A stretch of 47,238 bases of DNA, from contig JBNJGT010000003.1 of the NCBI GenBank assembly GCA_051819765.1, positions 1 through 47,238 on the forward strand, in the 5' to 3' direction. The stretch comes from Nanobdellota archaeon. Lineage in GTDB: Archaea > Nanobdellota > Nanobdellia > Woesearchaeales > JACJVW01. Shown piece after piece: positions 37,021 to 47,237 of the stretch. The notes under the pieces were generated by a model. That model was not told where the DNA came from, searched no databases, and was given only the letters and a program-made list of their open reading frames with translations. Every line of letters begins with the position of its first letter. Within the stretch, counting starts at the first letter, position 1. A program made the position numbers and the translations under genes.

Positions 37021-39242
37021 CCGAGAACACCCCAAGGAAATCTCACGAAGAGATCCTTCAAATACGCATCCCCCTGCACCGCAACACCATTCAGGATACA
37101 ATGATACGCGCCAGGAGGCAATCGCACACAGGTATCCTCCCAGCAATCACCCACCGGGATCTCATCTTCAGACACAACCCGGGAGAAGAACCGCGGCACA
37201 ATCACCACTGCCCTCTCCTCACCTCTCCGTTCAAAAGCAATGACACAATCAGCATATTTGCCCTTCACCCTCAACGGACGGTAACTCCCGGAACGGATGC
37301 ACTCATGGGTATTGCGGAACTGGAGCGCACGATAGGTAAGATACAGCTTGATGCGCCCATCCTCATAATTTCGCAACAGGGATGAGGGATCCTTCATACC
37401 CATCACCTGGCGCAGGTATCGCCGTCTTAGTCCATAATCCACTGGCCGCCTATTATCCGGGTCCACCAGGTTGAAATCCCAAAGCTCGCATCCCTGATAG
37501 ATATCAGGACGTCCCGGACAAAGCAATTTCAGGAGCACCTGTGAGAGGCTATTGTACACGCCAAAAAAACACACCTTCCTCAGGATCGACGAGACATCAT
37601 GCATGAAGGATTTCGAGAAAAGCCAGTCCACAAAACCCAAGGCCCGCTGTTCATAACCCTCATCGGGTTTCAGCCAGCAGGTCTTCCTCTTCTCTTCACG
37701 CAGTGCTTTGATAGTGTAGGCCTTCAGCCGTTCCCTAAAGCCGTCATCCTGGAAGGGATATGCACCGATAAACGTCTGATATATGAGATATGCGTCATTC
37801 CGGGTGATGGGAAGGCCATTCAACCTGCCCTTCAGAAAGCTTCGCCATTCCCCCGGGAACTCTGAGAGCGCGCACAATCGCATGCGCACATCCTCACCCC
37901 GTTTAGTGTCATGGGTAGCTGTCGCATTCATGCTCACACGCTTTCCCATAAAGGAATGGAATTCAGCAACACTGTTGGACCATACTACCGGATCACCGCC
38001 GACCTCGTTATGCGCAAGCATTCGGTTATACCGGTATAGAGTGGTATCCTCAAACCCCTTCGCCATCACCGCACCGGTGTACTGGGCAAGCTTCATGAAA
38101 CAGTGCTCTGCCCGCTTTTCCTTCAAGAGCCCCCGCATCTCCCTGAGTATCGCCGAACCCGACAAAAGGGACAAGAGCTCCGGATCCGCAAGCTCATAGT
38201 ACCGGTATTTCCTCATCCGGACAACAACCTCAATCAGCGCATCCCTGATCTCATTGACAGGATGATCCATGAACTCACTGAATCGGCGAGCCACCCGTTC
38301 AAAGTCACCCATGAAATAGCGTCGGATGACCAGCCGCTTGGATTCCTCGATTGTCTTGGAATAAGACATACCCGAGATCCCAGAATACACTGCATCAAAT
38401 GCTTCTCTCGAAGAAGGCTCGGTAAAGAGCCACGTCATCCGGTTGCAGAATTCATACCCTGTTGTCTGCCAGCTGCATGATTCAGCTGGCGCGGTTATCT
38501 TCTCAACAACAATATCCGGACACGTTTTAGCAAGTCGGCGCATGTATTGCTTTGGATCATACAGGCCATCAATATGATCGACTCGCACTGCATCAACCGG
38601 AAATTTGAACAGGTGGCTATGTACTTCATCAAAGACCTCCTGTCTCTCTGTGTTCAGGGCAATCAGCTCATTCACAGAGAAGAAGCGTCGATAGTTCGGC
38701 TTGCTCTTCCAATGGCATAATCGGTAGTACTGCATCCCAAGAATCTCAGCCTTATGGTGATCATTAAGATACGATAGGAACTCTCTGCGCGCCTTCTTCA
38801 AAGAACAAATGTAATCAACCGACTCTTGCGACAGCGGAAAGCGATGCTCAAAGTAGCGAATGCAGAACTCACCATCATGATCGATCCGCACGTTATCGTA
38901 TGACTTCTCTCCCAAAAATGGCGCATCCACCTGGCCATCATGCCAGTCGATATCAAAGAACCCATGATAGGGAGAACCAGGTCCTTTCCTGAAGATATCA
39001 TGCAGATACACATTGTGATAATACATGTGATTCGGGACGATATCCTGCAGCCACCCCAGACCCAACTGATGCGTTTGCTGAAGAAGCTTGCCAAGTTGTA
39101 CCCGAAAGTGGGAATAGTCTACCACATCATACCCATGATCGCTCTGCGAAAGCGTGACAGGAGCAGCATAGAGTGTTGTTATCCCAAGCTTCTTAAGATA
39201 CTCAAGAGGTGGTCGTAAATCCTGTAACCGATAACTAGTCAT
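37017..39242 (-). CDS. treY: Malto-oligosyltrehalose synthase (GH13)
   Basis: SYRLQ, HGYDVVD, DIVPNHM, NYRRFF, RVDHIDGL, THDTKRGED, LVDPDNRRPVDY. Confidence 0.94.
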   Translation of the reverse strand: MTSYRLQDLRPPLEYLKKLGITTLYAAPVTLSQSDHGYDVVDYSHFRVQLGKLLQQTHQLGLGWLQDIVPNHMYYHNVYLHDIFRKGPGSPYHGFFDIDWHDGQVDAPFLGEKSYDNVRIDHDGEFCIRYFEHRFPLSQESVDYICSLKKARREFLSYLNDHHKAEILGMQYYRLCHWKSKPNYRRFFSVNELIALNTERQEVFDEVHSHLFKFPVDAVRVDHIDGLYDPKQYMRRLAKTCPDIVVEKITAPAESCSWQTTGYEFCNRMTWLFTEPSSREAFDAVYSGISGMSYSKTIEESKRLVIRRYFMGDFERVARRFSEFMDHPVNEIRDALIEVVVRMRKYRYYELADPELLSLLSGSAILREMRGLLKEKRAEHCFMKLAQYTGAVMAKGFEDTTLYRYNRMLAHNEVGGDPVVWSNSVAEFHSFMGKRVSMNATATHDTKRGEDVRMRLCALSEFPGEWRSFLKGRLNGLPITRNDAYLIYQTFIGAYPFQDDGFRERLKAYTIKALREEKRKTCWLKPDEGYEQRALGFVDWLFSKSFMHDVSSILRKVCFFGVYNSLSQVLLKLLCPGRPDIYQGCELWDFNLVDPDNRRPVDYGLRRRYLRQVMGMKDPSSLLRNYEDGRIKLYLTYRALQFRNTHECIRSGSYRPLRVKGKYADCVIAFERRGEERAVVIVPRFFSRVVSEDEIPVGDCWEDTCVRLPPGAYHCILNGVAVQGDAYLKDLFVRFPWGVLG

Positions 39243-41628
39243 TTTCAAATGAGATATGAAGCAATTCGTTCAACTGTTCGAACAACCGGACACCTTGACC
39301 GCTCATGCCATCAAAGATAGCCCTGCCTTTTGAGAACATGATGTTTTGCGCCTGCCACAGGTTCAGATTAAGGGGCAAAGTGTACAATGCCTGCAACAGT
39401 TTGACTATCCGCTCCAGCCGATCACGATTCTCATGATCTTCCAGGAATTCCTTGATCTCATCATACACACGAGCGCTTGCAACCAGACTGATAAGCTTCT
39501 CATCAAGAGTGACGCCATACTTCTCCACATCACGGCACAACTTTTTGAGGTGCCCCAGGTCTCCCTCAGGAGATTGTATTATCGATTTTATATCAGCATT
39601 GATGACCACGTCTGCAGCCACCTGCAATGCATTGAGGTTCTGGATCCCAAGCTCATGCATGTAGGTTGTTATGGTATAATTATCCTCGAAGATCTCCCGA
39701 TACAGTGACTCAGCCTTGCTCACTGAATCCTTAAGCAACTGGTTCACGATTGAACGCTGCTCATCCTTGAACAGGCTTTTGAGACTATAGATATCAGACC
39801 CGAAGTAATCATTGATGAGCTTGATGACCTGCTGGATATCAGCTTTGTCAAACGGCCCTTTCACGTCATTCAATATTTTCGTGAACTCCTCATGATTCCG
39901 GAATTCCTTGACCCCACCTATCACATTATGGTCTCCCAACCAAAGTACTGCAAACTCCAGCTCTCGCTCATCCCAGGTGATCTCAGAATAGATATTCGCC
40001 TTTCCCACATGGAGCCGCAGCTTCCCCGCATACAGCATCTCATGGTAATCCTCAAGCACCCGGTATGAGAACACCCGCAGACCATCCCGCTTTTCATTCC
40101 CGCTGAACACTGAGGATATTGCATAGTGTGCCCCGATCTTATGGATATCCACAAAAGCAGGTTTCACGAATGTGTGATATACCTGACTACCATCTGTGAA
40201 GACATTACTGGGCGCGTGAGCCAGTGTACCTACAAAGTCGCCTTCAAAATCCTGGTTTGAGATCTCCCGTGCAAGCTGGATGACACGAGCCGCATACTCC
40301 ATGACCTGGACCGTCTCAATCCCTGATAGCTCATCAAAGAACCACCCGCAGCTCGTATACTGGAGCATGGCATGGCGCTGCATCTCCAACAGTTTGAGCA
40401 CTGTCCGTTTCTCATCATCATTCAGGTGATGGCTGGCATGCGATTCAAAGAAATGATCAACTACCTCGATTTCGCGATCAAGGATAATCTTGATATAGTC
40501 ATTACGTGCCTCCCAGGGGTCCTTTAGGTACTTCTTCCCTTCTTCCTCGAAGATATCTGAGACACGGTCCCGCAGATGATCCATTGCATTACGCAGCGGC
40601 TCTCGCCACTTCTGGTTCCACCCAGGCTTCATACCGCTATTGCAACCACAATCAGTATACCATCGCTTGATCCCATGCATGCAACTCCAGGAGGTCTTTT
40701 CCTTTATCACGACCTCATGCTCAGGAGGAAAGAGCTCAAGATATTCCCCATAATTGGTGATGCGGGCAAGCCCGTGCCGCTCGAAATGATGCATTGCATA
40801 GGCAAGTGTCATATCCCCGTACATCCGGTGATGCCCATAGGTCTCACCATCTGTTGCGATATGCACCAGCTGCGTCTCATCCTTATCATCGAATGCTTTG
40901 ACCAGACGGTTGGCAAATCGCTCACCATTTTCAAGCAGATCGTTGAAGGCAAGCTCTTGCGAGGTGAACCCGTCATAAAAGAACACCGCGATTGATTTGC
41001 CACGAGAGAGCCTGACAAAGTATGGTTTTCGTGGATCGATTCCCTCAGATACATCCTCCCACTCACCCTCTTTGTGTCGCATCTTTTCTGCCTGACTTGG
41101 GGCAAGCAAGACGAACCGGATCCCATGATCCGCAAACACCTGCAACGTTTCAGTATCGACCGCAGTCTCAGGAAGCCACATACCCTCGGGAAACCGCCCA
41201 AAACGACTCTCGAAATCCTTGATGCCCCACCTGACCTGGGTTATCTTGTCCCGCTTGTTGGCAAGGGGCATGATCATATGGTTATATACCTGTGCCATGG
41301 CAGACCCATGACCGCCAAACCGTTCCTGACTCATGCGGTCAGCCTCAAGAATCGCACTGTACACCGCTGGCCGGTTGGCCTGCATCCAGGAAAGGAGCGT
41401 CGGCCCGAAGTTGAAGCTCATCTTGGAGTAATTATTGACAATATTCACGATGTACCCATTTGTATCTTTGATACGCGAGTACGCGTTTGGAGCGTAGCAT
41501 TCCTCAGTAATCTTCTCATTCCAGTCATGGAACGGATAGGCTGAATCCTGCAGTTCAATCTCCTCAAGCCAGGGATTCTCCCGTGGGGGCTGGTAGAAAT
41601 GCCCATGGATACACAAGAATCTATTCAT
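39235..41628 (-). CDS. GH57 glycoside hydrolase with DUF3536 domain
   Basis: CIHGHFYQPPRENPW, SFNFGPTLL, GMWLPETAVD, ATDGETYGHH, YTSCGWFFDE. Confidence 0.93.
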   Translation of the reverse strand: MNRFLCIHGHFYQPPRENPWLEEIELQDSAYPFHDWNEKITEECYAPNAYSRIKDTNGYIVNIVNNYSKMSFNFGPTLLSWMQANRPAVYSAILEADRMSQERFGGHGSAMAQVYNHMIMPLANKRDKITQVRWGIKDFESRFGRFPEGMWLPETAVDTETLQVFADHGIRFVLLAPSQAEKMRHKEGEWEDVSEGIDPRKPYFVRLSRGKSIAVFFYDGFTSQELAFNDLLENGERFANRLVKAFDDKDETQLVHIATDGETYGHHRMYGDMTLAYAMHHFERHGLARITNYGEYLELFPPEHEVVIKEKTSWSCMHGIKRWYTDCGCNSGMKPGWNQKWREPLRNAMDHLRDRVSDIFEEEGKKYLKDPWEARNDYIKIILDREIEVVDHFFESHASHHLNDDEKRTVLKLLEMQRHAMLQYTSCGWFFDELSGIETVQVMEYAARVIQLAREISNQDFEGDFVGTLAHAPSNVFTDGSQVYHTFVKPAFVDIHKIGAHYAISSVFSGNEKRDGLRVFSYRVLEDYHEMLYAGKLRLHVGKANIYSEITWDERELEFAVLWLGDHNVIGGVKEFRNHEEFTKILNDVKGPFDKADIQQVIKLINDYFGSDIYSLKSLFKDEQRSIVNQLLKDSVSKAESLYREIFEDNYTITTYMHELGIQNLNALQVAADVVINADIKSIIQSPEGDLGHLKKLCRDVEKYGVTLDEKLISLVASARVYDEIKEFLEDHENRDRLERIVKLLQALYTLPLNLNLWQAQNIMFSKGRAIFDGMSGQGVRLFEQLNELLHISFEND

Positions 41629-43288
41629 ACACAACAAACCTCTTTTCCTCAAGTGTCAAAGAATGCTCATCCTTTATAAATATTGGGGCTGGCCCATAGG
41701 CTGCAGAGTCAATTAATACCCGGCCAGGAATCCTCACCCGTTTCGCCTCGCCCAGATTGAAGACCGCTGTCACATCCCCTGAAAGATACAGCAACCCACC
41801 TCTGCGAGTGACCGAATCCATGCGATACTTGCGCAGGGCAATGAGATCCCTGTAGAGCCGCACCAACTCTTTGTCTTTCCTGCTCCAGCTGAGCCGGGAC
41901 GCAGTGAATGTGGAGACATGCGCGGGATCAGGAACATCATCATACCCGAACTCCTGCCTTCTGCCTTCACGCACCGCCGCATTCAACCCATCGTCAGTAT
42001 GATCGACAAAATACAGGAATGGATTGGTCTCTCCGTATTCCTCCCCCATAAAGATAAGAGGGACATACGAACTCAAGAGCATCAGTCCTGCAGCAAGCTT
42101 GTATGAATCGAAATCCACCAACCGGGACAGACGTTCACCCTGAGGTCGGTTCCCAACCTGATCATGGTTCTGGATGCACACGACAAAGGATTCCTTTGCG
42201 ACTCCCGCGCTGGTCCTCCCATACCGCCGTTTCCGGGATTTCGAATAGGCGCCGTCATACACATGTCCATCCCGCAGGGCCTTTTGCAGGTGCCGCACAC
42301 CTCCATAGTCCTGGTAATACCCAGACCGCTCACCCGTAAGGAAGGCATGCACCGAGTGATGGAAATCATCCATCCACAAGCCATCCAATCCATAACCTCC
42401 AGATGATGTGGGAAGCACAAGCCGCGTATCATTGCGATTGCACTCAGCAATCAGATGACTGCCAGGAAACTCCTTATGCACACGACCCCCCAGTTCCTCG
42501 AGGAAGGGGTAGCCGCTCCGGTCCATGATCGCATGCACAGCATCAAGACGAAGCCCGTCGATATGGAATTCCCGCATCCAGTAGAGGGCGTTCTGGATGA
42601 AATACTCACGCACCCCATCAGAATACTCTCCATCGAAATTGATCGCATCCCCCCAGGGAGTCTTGTAGACATCAGTGAAGTAGGGCGCAAAATGCCCCAG
42701 ATAATTTCCATCAGGACCAAGATGATTGTAGACCACATCAAGGATAACCGCTAAACCTTCCTCATGGCAGGCATCCACTAGCCGCTTGAGCCCACCAGGC
42801 CCACCGTATGAGTTCTGGACCGCAAAGGGGTAGACACCATCATAGCCCCAGTTGCGCCTGCCAGGGAACTGCGCCACCGGCATCAATTCAATGGCTGTTA
42901 TCCCTAACCGCCGCAGTTCAGATAACCGTGGGATGATAGCGTCAAAGGTACCCGATTTAGTGAAGGTCCCCACATGCAACTCATAGATCACAAGATCCTG
43001 CTTTGCCACTCCTTGCCACTCATCATCACTCCACCCGAAAGCATGATCCACAACAGCCGAGGGACCATGTACCCCTTCTGGTTGGGAGTGGGAGGCAGGG
43101 TCAGGCAAGGGCTCATTGTCGATGACATACCAATAGCGCTCACCAGGCTTGCATGCTACGGTAGCATACCAGTATTCCCCCTTTCGCGTCATGTCATGCT
43201 CCGTATCAGACAGCAGCAACCCGGGTCTCTTGTGGGGAGACCACACGCAGAATGTACAGCTTTTGTCATACCAGGCACCGACACGCAT
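41621..43288 (-). CDS. treZ: Malto-oligosyltrehalose trehalohydrolase (GH13)
   Basis: DPASHSQPEGVHGPS, YELHVGTFT, NWGYDGV, DVVYNHLGP, GLRLDAVHAI, QNHDQVGNR. Confidence 0.94.
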   Translation of the reverse strand: MRVGAWYDKSCTFCVWSPHKRPGLLLSDTEHDMTRKGEYWYATVACKPGERYWYVIDNEPLPDPASHSQPEGVHGPSAVVDHAFGWSDDEWQGVAKQDLVIYELHVGTFTKSGTFDAIIPRLSELRRLGITAIELMPVAQFPGRRNWGYDGVYPFAVQNSYGGPGGLKRLVDACHEEGLAVILDVVYNHLGPDGNYLGHFAPYFTDVYKTPWGDAINFDGEYSDGVREYFIQNALYWMREFHIDGLRLDAVHAIMDRSGYPFLEELGGRVHKEFPGSHLIAECNRNDTRLVLPTSSGGYGLDGLWMDDFHHSVHAFLTGERSGYYQDYGGVRHLQKALRDGHVYDGAYSKSRKRRYGRTSAGVAKESFVVCIQNHDQVGNRPQGERLSRLVDFDSYKLAAGLMLLSSYVPLIFMGEEYGETNPFLYFVDHTDDGLNAAVREGRRQEFGYDDVPDPAHVSTFTASRLSWSRKDKELVRLYRDLIALRKYRMDSVTRRGGLLYLSGDVTAVFNLGEAKRVRIPGRVLIDSAAYGPAPIFIKDEHSLTLEEKRFVVYE

Positions 43289-43361
43289 ACAGGTTCTCCC
43301 GCACCCAGAGTTTAAATAATTTATCCAAAGTTTTATGTACCATACCATCATTCAGCCATCC
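43289..43361. promoter_or_regulatory. Back-to-back promoters for the treZ operon and polB
   Basis: Minus-strand TATTTAAA 30 nt from treZ ATG 43288; plus-strand TTTATGTA 30 nt from polB ATG 43362. Confidence 0.55.
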
Positions 43362-45626
43362 ATGCACGGATATATCGTCTATGGCACGTACCGCATCACC
43401 GATGAGACACCCATCATCCACCTCTATGGCAGGTTTCTGGACGGTAAAGGCTTTCTCGCAAAGGTGCCATTCAGACCATACCTCTACATTCCCGCAGACG
43501 CCAAGGTCAAGACCAAGGAAAAGACCAATCTCAAGGATTTCTCAGGCAAGCCCGTAGCAAAGGTCTACGCAAAGATACCGTCTGAGATACCCGAGCTCCG
43601 GAAAGGGTTCGAGGAAGCAGGTATAACCACCTATGAAGCAGACATCCGCTTTGTGCAGCGATACTACATTGACCACGACATCCAGGGAATCATCGATATT
43701 GAAGGAAAACACACTGAAGAGGACGGACTGCTGGTGTTCGACAACCCAACCATAACACCAAAGCCTCCCTATGAGGTGAAGCTAAAGACCCTTGCCCTTG
43801 ACATTGAGACCGACAAGCAGGCAAAGCAGATCTATTCAGTAAGCCTCGTTGACCATGACATCAATGAGGTCCACATCATAAGTGACAAGACACTCAAACA
43901 GGCAACACCCTATGCAGATGAAGCATCCCTCCTGAAAGGACTCATCAGGCGCATCCAGCAACTTGACCCTGACATCATCACCGGCTGGAACGTCATCGAC
44001 TTCGATTTCAAGGTCATCCGAGAACGATGCAGGTTCCATGAGATCCCCCTGAACCTGGGACGGAATAAGGAAGAGGCGAAAATCAGGGTCCAGCATGATT
44101 TCTTCAGGGAAAGCTCCGCCGATATCCCCGGCCGCATCGTCTTCGACGGTATCAGCCTTCTCAAACAGGGTTTCTACAGTTTTGAGGACTACAAGCTGGA
44201 CACCGTTGCATCAGAGATCCTGGGTGAGAACAAGGTAGAGCTTGAAGACGGCTTCTGGGACAATTTCGAGGAGATCATCAGGACCGACCCCCAAAAAATC
44301 GTCGATTACAACCTCAAGGACTCCCAGCTCGTGATAGACATCCTCAAGAAGACCAAGATCATCGAACTCATGATAAAAAAATCCCTTATTACCGGCCTCC
44401 AGCTTGACCGGGTGAAAGGCAGCATCGCTGCCCTGGACTCCCTCTACATCAGGAAAGCCCACAAGCACGGCTATGTCTGCCCTAATGCAGGCTTCGACGA
44501 CAGCGGCGAAAAGATCAAGGGCGCCTATGTCATGACCCCAAAGCCTGGCATCTACGAGAATGTTGCAGTGCTTGATTTCAAATCCCTCTATCCCTCCATC
44601 ATACGCACCTTCAACATAGACCCCATCGCCCACAGCCCCGATGGCACGATTGTCGCTCCCAACAACGCCCGCTTCCGCAACGACGAAGGAATTTTGCCCA
44701 AGATCATCGTGGAATCCTGGAAGGAGCGTGACAAAGCAAAAAAAGAGAAGGACGAAGTCAAGAGCCAGGCAATCAAGACCATCATGAATTCCTTCTACGG
44801 CGTGCTTGCCAATCCCACCTGCCGCTTCTACAGCCTTGAGATGGCAAACGCCATAACCGCCTTCGCCCGTGACATCATCAAAGAGACCGTACGCATCATC
44901 ACTGACAAAGGATACACCGTCCTATACGGAGACACCGACAGTGTGTTTGTAGACCTCAGGGCAGACGAGAGGCAAGCAACAAAGCTGGGCAACCAGGTCG
45001 CAAACGAGATCAATACCCACTTCCGTGAAGAGATCAAGCGACAGCACGATCGCACCTCCATACTTGAACTGGAGTTCGAAAAGATGTTCAGGGTCCTCAT
45101 CCTGCCGCGCATCAGGGGCAAGACCGGCGGCGCCAAGAAACGCTATGCAGGACTCCTCCTCAAAGACGGCAAAGAGCAGATAACCGTCACCGGCATGGAG
45201 CTCGTCCGACGTGACTGGACAGACCTTGCAAAGGAGTTCCAGATGGAACTCTTGAAACGGGTCTTTCACAAGAAGGAAGTCTCACAATACATCAAGGACA
45301 CCATCAAGAACGTGCGACAAGGCAAATTTGACCACAAGCTTGTCTACCGCAAATCAATCCGAAAAGACCTCGATGAATACACAAAGACCACGCCGCCCCA
45401 TGTCAAGGCAGCCCGAAAACTACCCCTGCTCAGATCAAACATCATAACCTACCTGATAACAGTAAACGGCCCTGAACCCCTGGAGAAGTTGGAAAGCGAG
45501 ATAGATTACGAGCATTACATCGACAAGCAGCTCCGCCCCATCGCCCAGACGATCCTTGAACTCTACGATGTGGACTTCGACGAGCTCATGAGCGGCACCT
45601 CACAAAAGAGCCTCTTCGATTACTGA
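43362..45626 (+). CDS. polB: Family B DNA polymerase, DNA polymerase II-like
   Basis: ExoI DIETD, GWNVIDFD, DFKSLYPSII, KTIMNSFYG, YGDTDS, KKRYAGL; C-terminal QKSLFDY clamp-binding-like motif. Confidence 0.96.
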   Translation: MHGYIVYGTYRITDETPIIHLYGRFLDGKGFLAKVPFRPYLYIPADAKVKTKEKTNLKDFSGKPVAKVYAKIPSEIPELRKGFEEAGITTYEADIRFVQRYYIDHDIQGIIDIEGKHTEEDGLLVFDNPTITPKPPYEVKLKTLALDIETDKQAKQIYSVSLVDHDINEVHIISDKTLKQATPYADEASLLKGLIRRIQQLDPDIITGWNVIDFDFKVIRERCRFHEIPLNLGRNKEEAKIRVQHDFFRESSADIPGRIVFDGISLLKQGFYSFEDYKLDTVASEILGENKVELEDGFWDNFEEIIRTDPQKIVDYNLKDSQLVIDILKKTKIIELMIKKSLITGLQLDRVKGSIAALDSLYIRKAHKHGYVCPNAGFDDSGEKIKGAYVMTPKPGIYENVAVLDFKSLYPSIIRTFNIDPIAHSPDGTIVAPNNARFRNDEGILPKIIVESWKERDKAKKEKDEVKSQAIKTIMNSFYGVLANPTCRFYSLEMANAITAFARDIIKETVRIITDKGYTVLYGDTDSVFVDLRADERQATKLGNQVANEINTHFREEIKRQHDRTSILELEFEKMFRVLILPRIRGKTGGAKKRYAGLLLKDGKEQITVTGMELVRRDWTDLAKEFQMELLKRVFHKKEVSQYIKDTIKNVRQGKFDHKLVYRKSIRKDLDEYTKTTPPHVKAARKLPLLRSNIITYLITVNGPEPLEKLESEIDYEHYIDKQLRPIAQTILELYDVDFDELMSGTSQKSLFDY

Positions 45627-45890
45627 TAATGCCGACAGGAGATTGAATATGAGGTTCTGCCACAGGTCAAAAATTACCCCCTCCGTCATTCGAGACCTCC
45701 CAATCATAATAGTGCTAAGTGTTTTGCATGCTGCACGGACTTGCGTCATAGCGTTCACCTGTAGGAAACGATCAAACAAAAGTTGCTGAATGAAGGAACA
45801 ACCAAAAGGAGAGGACTGATTCAAGGGATATACACTCATAACTTCGTTGTTCGAGAGAGATAGATATATTATAAATCCCCTGATTGAAAA

Positions 45891-46973
45891 ATGGCAAAGC
45901 AAACACTCAAATCAGGTATCAAAAATGGTTTCAAAAGAACCGTAGATAGGGATACAAGAATAAGAAATGCCTATCTGCTCGTTCATTCTGATAAATTGAA
46001 TACTCACATGAATTTGGCTAGAGGAAAAACAGGAGATTTCAAAGCTGACACGAATCAACCGATCCATCTGGCAAGTGTGGGCAAGTTATTCACTGCGACA
46101 ATCATAAGTAGCCTGTATGAGAAAGGCAAATTAGATTTTGATGATAGGATAAGTAAATATTTGGATCCGGAATTAATGGATGGCCTCCATATCTACAGAG
46201 GGAAGGATCATTCAGACCAAATAACAATAAGACAGTTATTGATGCAAACTTCAGGATTATATGATGTTTTCTACCATTTGTTAGAGAAGATGTCAAAAGA
46301 CAGTTCTTTCAAACCAACAACAAGAGAGGCTATCTTTTGGGGCAAAGAAAATCTGAAACCTGTCGCGGTTCCAGGGAAAATACATTTCTATACAGATACG
46401 AATTATCATCTATTAGGATTAATTATCGAATCCATCACAAAAAAACCATTCTACAAAGTGGTTCATGAGTTGATCTTTGATCCTCTTGAGATGAATAATG
46501 CATATATGTATGGTTTCTCAAAACCCAGACTAAAATCAAGTTACCCTCTTGCCGATCTGTTTCTTGATGGCATAGACTTCAAATCAGTGAAAGGCATTCA
46601 TAAGATTGATTATGCAGGAGGAAGTGTTTGCGCACCGCTCGAAGAATATCTATTGTTTTTCAAAAGATTAGTTGAAGGTAAAATAATAAGAGAAGAGACC
46701 TTCAAAAGAATGATAGATGATGATATATATATGGGGTTTCCAACTCTTGGGTTTAGATATGGTTATTCAATATGGAAACCCATAACAATTCCTCTATTGA
46801 TGCCAAAAAAATATTTCTGTTTTGGTTGTGTGGGTGTGACAGGAGCTTTTATGTTCTATCATCCAAACACCCGATCATATATGATTGGAAGTTTTAATGA
46901 TTCTTCGTACAGAGCAAAAGCGCTTCAATTCATGATCTCCAAAGTTATCAAAGAACTGCTAAAATGTGATTGA
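45891..46973 (+). CDS. Serine hydrolase, beta-lactamase class C / D,D-carboxypeptidase family
   Basis: LASVGK (SxxK), ITIRQLLMQTSG, FYTDTNY, YAGGS; visibly AT-richer than its neighbours. Confidence 0.9.
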   Translation: MAKQTLKSGIKNGFKRTVDRDTRIRNAYLLVHSDKLNTHMNLARGKTGDFKADTNQPIHLASVGKLFTATIISSLYEKGKLDFDDRISKYLDPELMDGLHIYRGKDHSDQITIRQLLMQTSGLYDVFYHLLEKMSKDSSFKPTTREAIFWGKENLKPVAVPGKIHFYTDTNYHLLGLIIESITKKPFYKVVHELIFDPLEMNNAYMYGFSKPRLKSSYPLADLFLDGIDFKSVKGIHKIDYAGGSVCAPLEEYLLFFKRLVEGKIIREETFKRMIDDDIYMGFPTLGFRYGYSIWKPITIPLLMPKKYFCFGCVGVTGAFMFYHPNTRSYMIGSFNDSSYRAKALQFMISKVIKELLKCD

Positions 46974-47051
46974 AGACATAATGAGATGTAGTAAACCCCT
47001 TAAAGAAGCGTTCCCATCAAAGAATACAAGTCCCACAAGCCTAACGAAACA

Positions 47052-47237
47052 CTAATTCTTTTGTTTCCCAACCTGCGCGTTCCCCTTCTTGGCCGGTTGC
47101 TTGGGTTGTGTGGACTTGGCCGGTTTTCCACCCTGCACATTCCCCTTCTTGGCCGGTTGCTTGGGTTGTGTGGACTTGGCCGGTTTTCCACCCTGCGCGT
47201 TTCCCTTCTTGGCCGCTTGTTTGAGTTGTACGGTCTT
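47052..47237 (-). CDS. 3' end of a gene running off the window; Lys/Gln/Pro-rich 20-aa repeat tail
   Basis: Frame reads KTVQLKQAAKKGNAQGGKPAKSTQPKQPAKKGNVQGGKPAKSTQPKQPAKKGNAQVGKQKN*, TAG at 47052-47054. Confidence 0.65.
   Translation of the reverse strand, partial: KTVQLKQAAKKGNAQGGKPAKSTQPKQPAKKGNVQGGKPAKSTQPKQPAKKGNAQVGKQKN

Noticed and set aside
43362-45626. Casposon, virus or other mobile element marked by PolB
   Set aside because: Polymerase is RNA-primed Pol II-like rather than protein-primed; no cas1, capsid, integrase or terminal repeats seen
45627-47051. Integron cassette carrying the serine hydrolase (GCCTAAC at 47039-47045)
   Set aside because: Only one 7-mer core; no paired R/L boxes forming an attC hairpin and no integrase seen
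47000-47191. 63-aa ORF from the track (MENRPSPH..)
   Set aside because: Alternative frame of the tandem repeat; the Lys-rich frame entering from outside the window is more plausible
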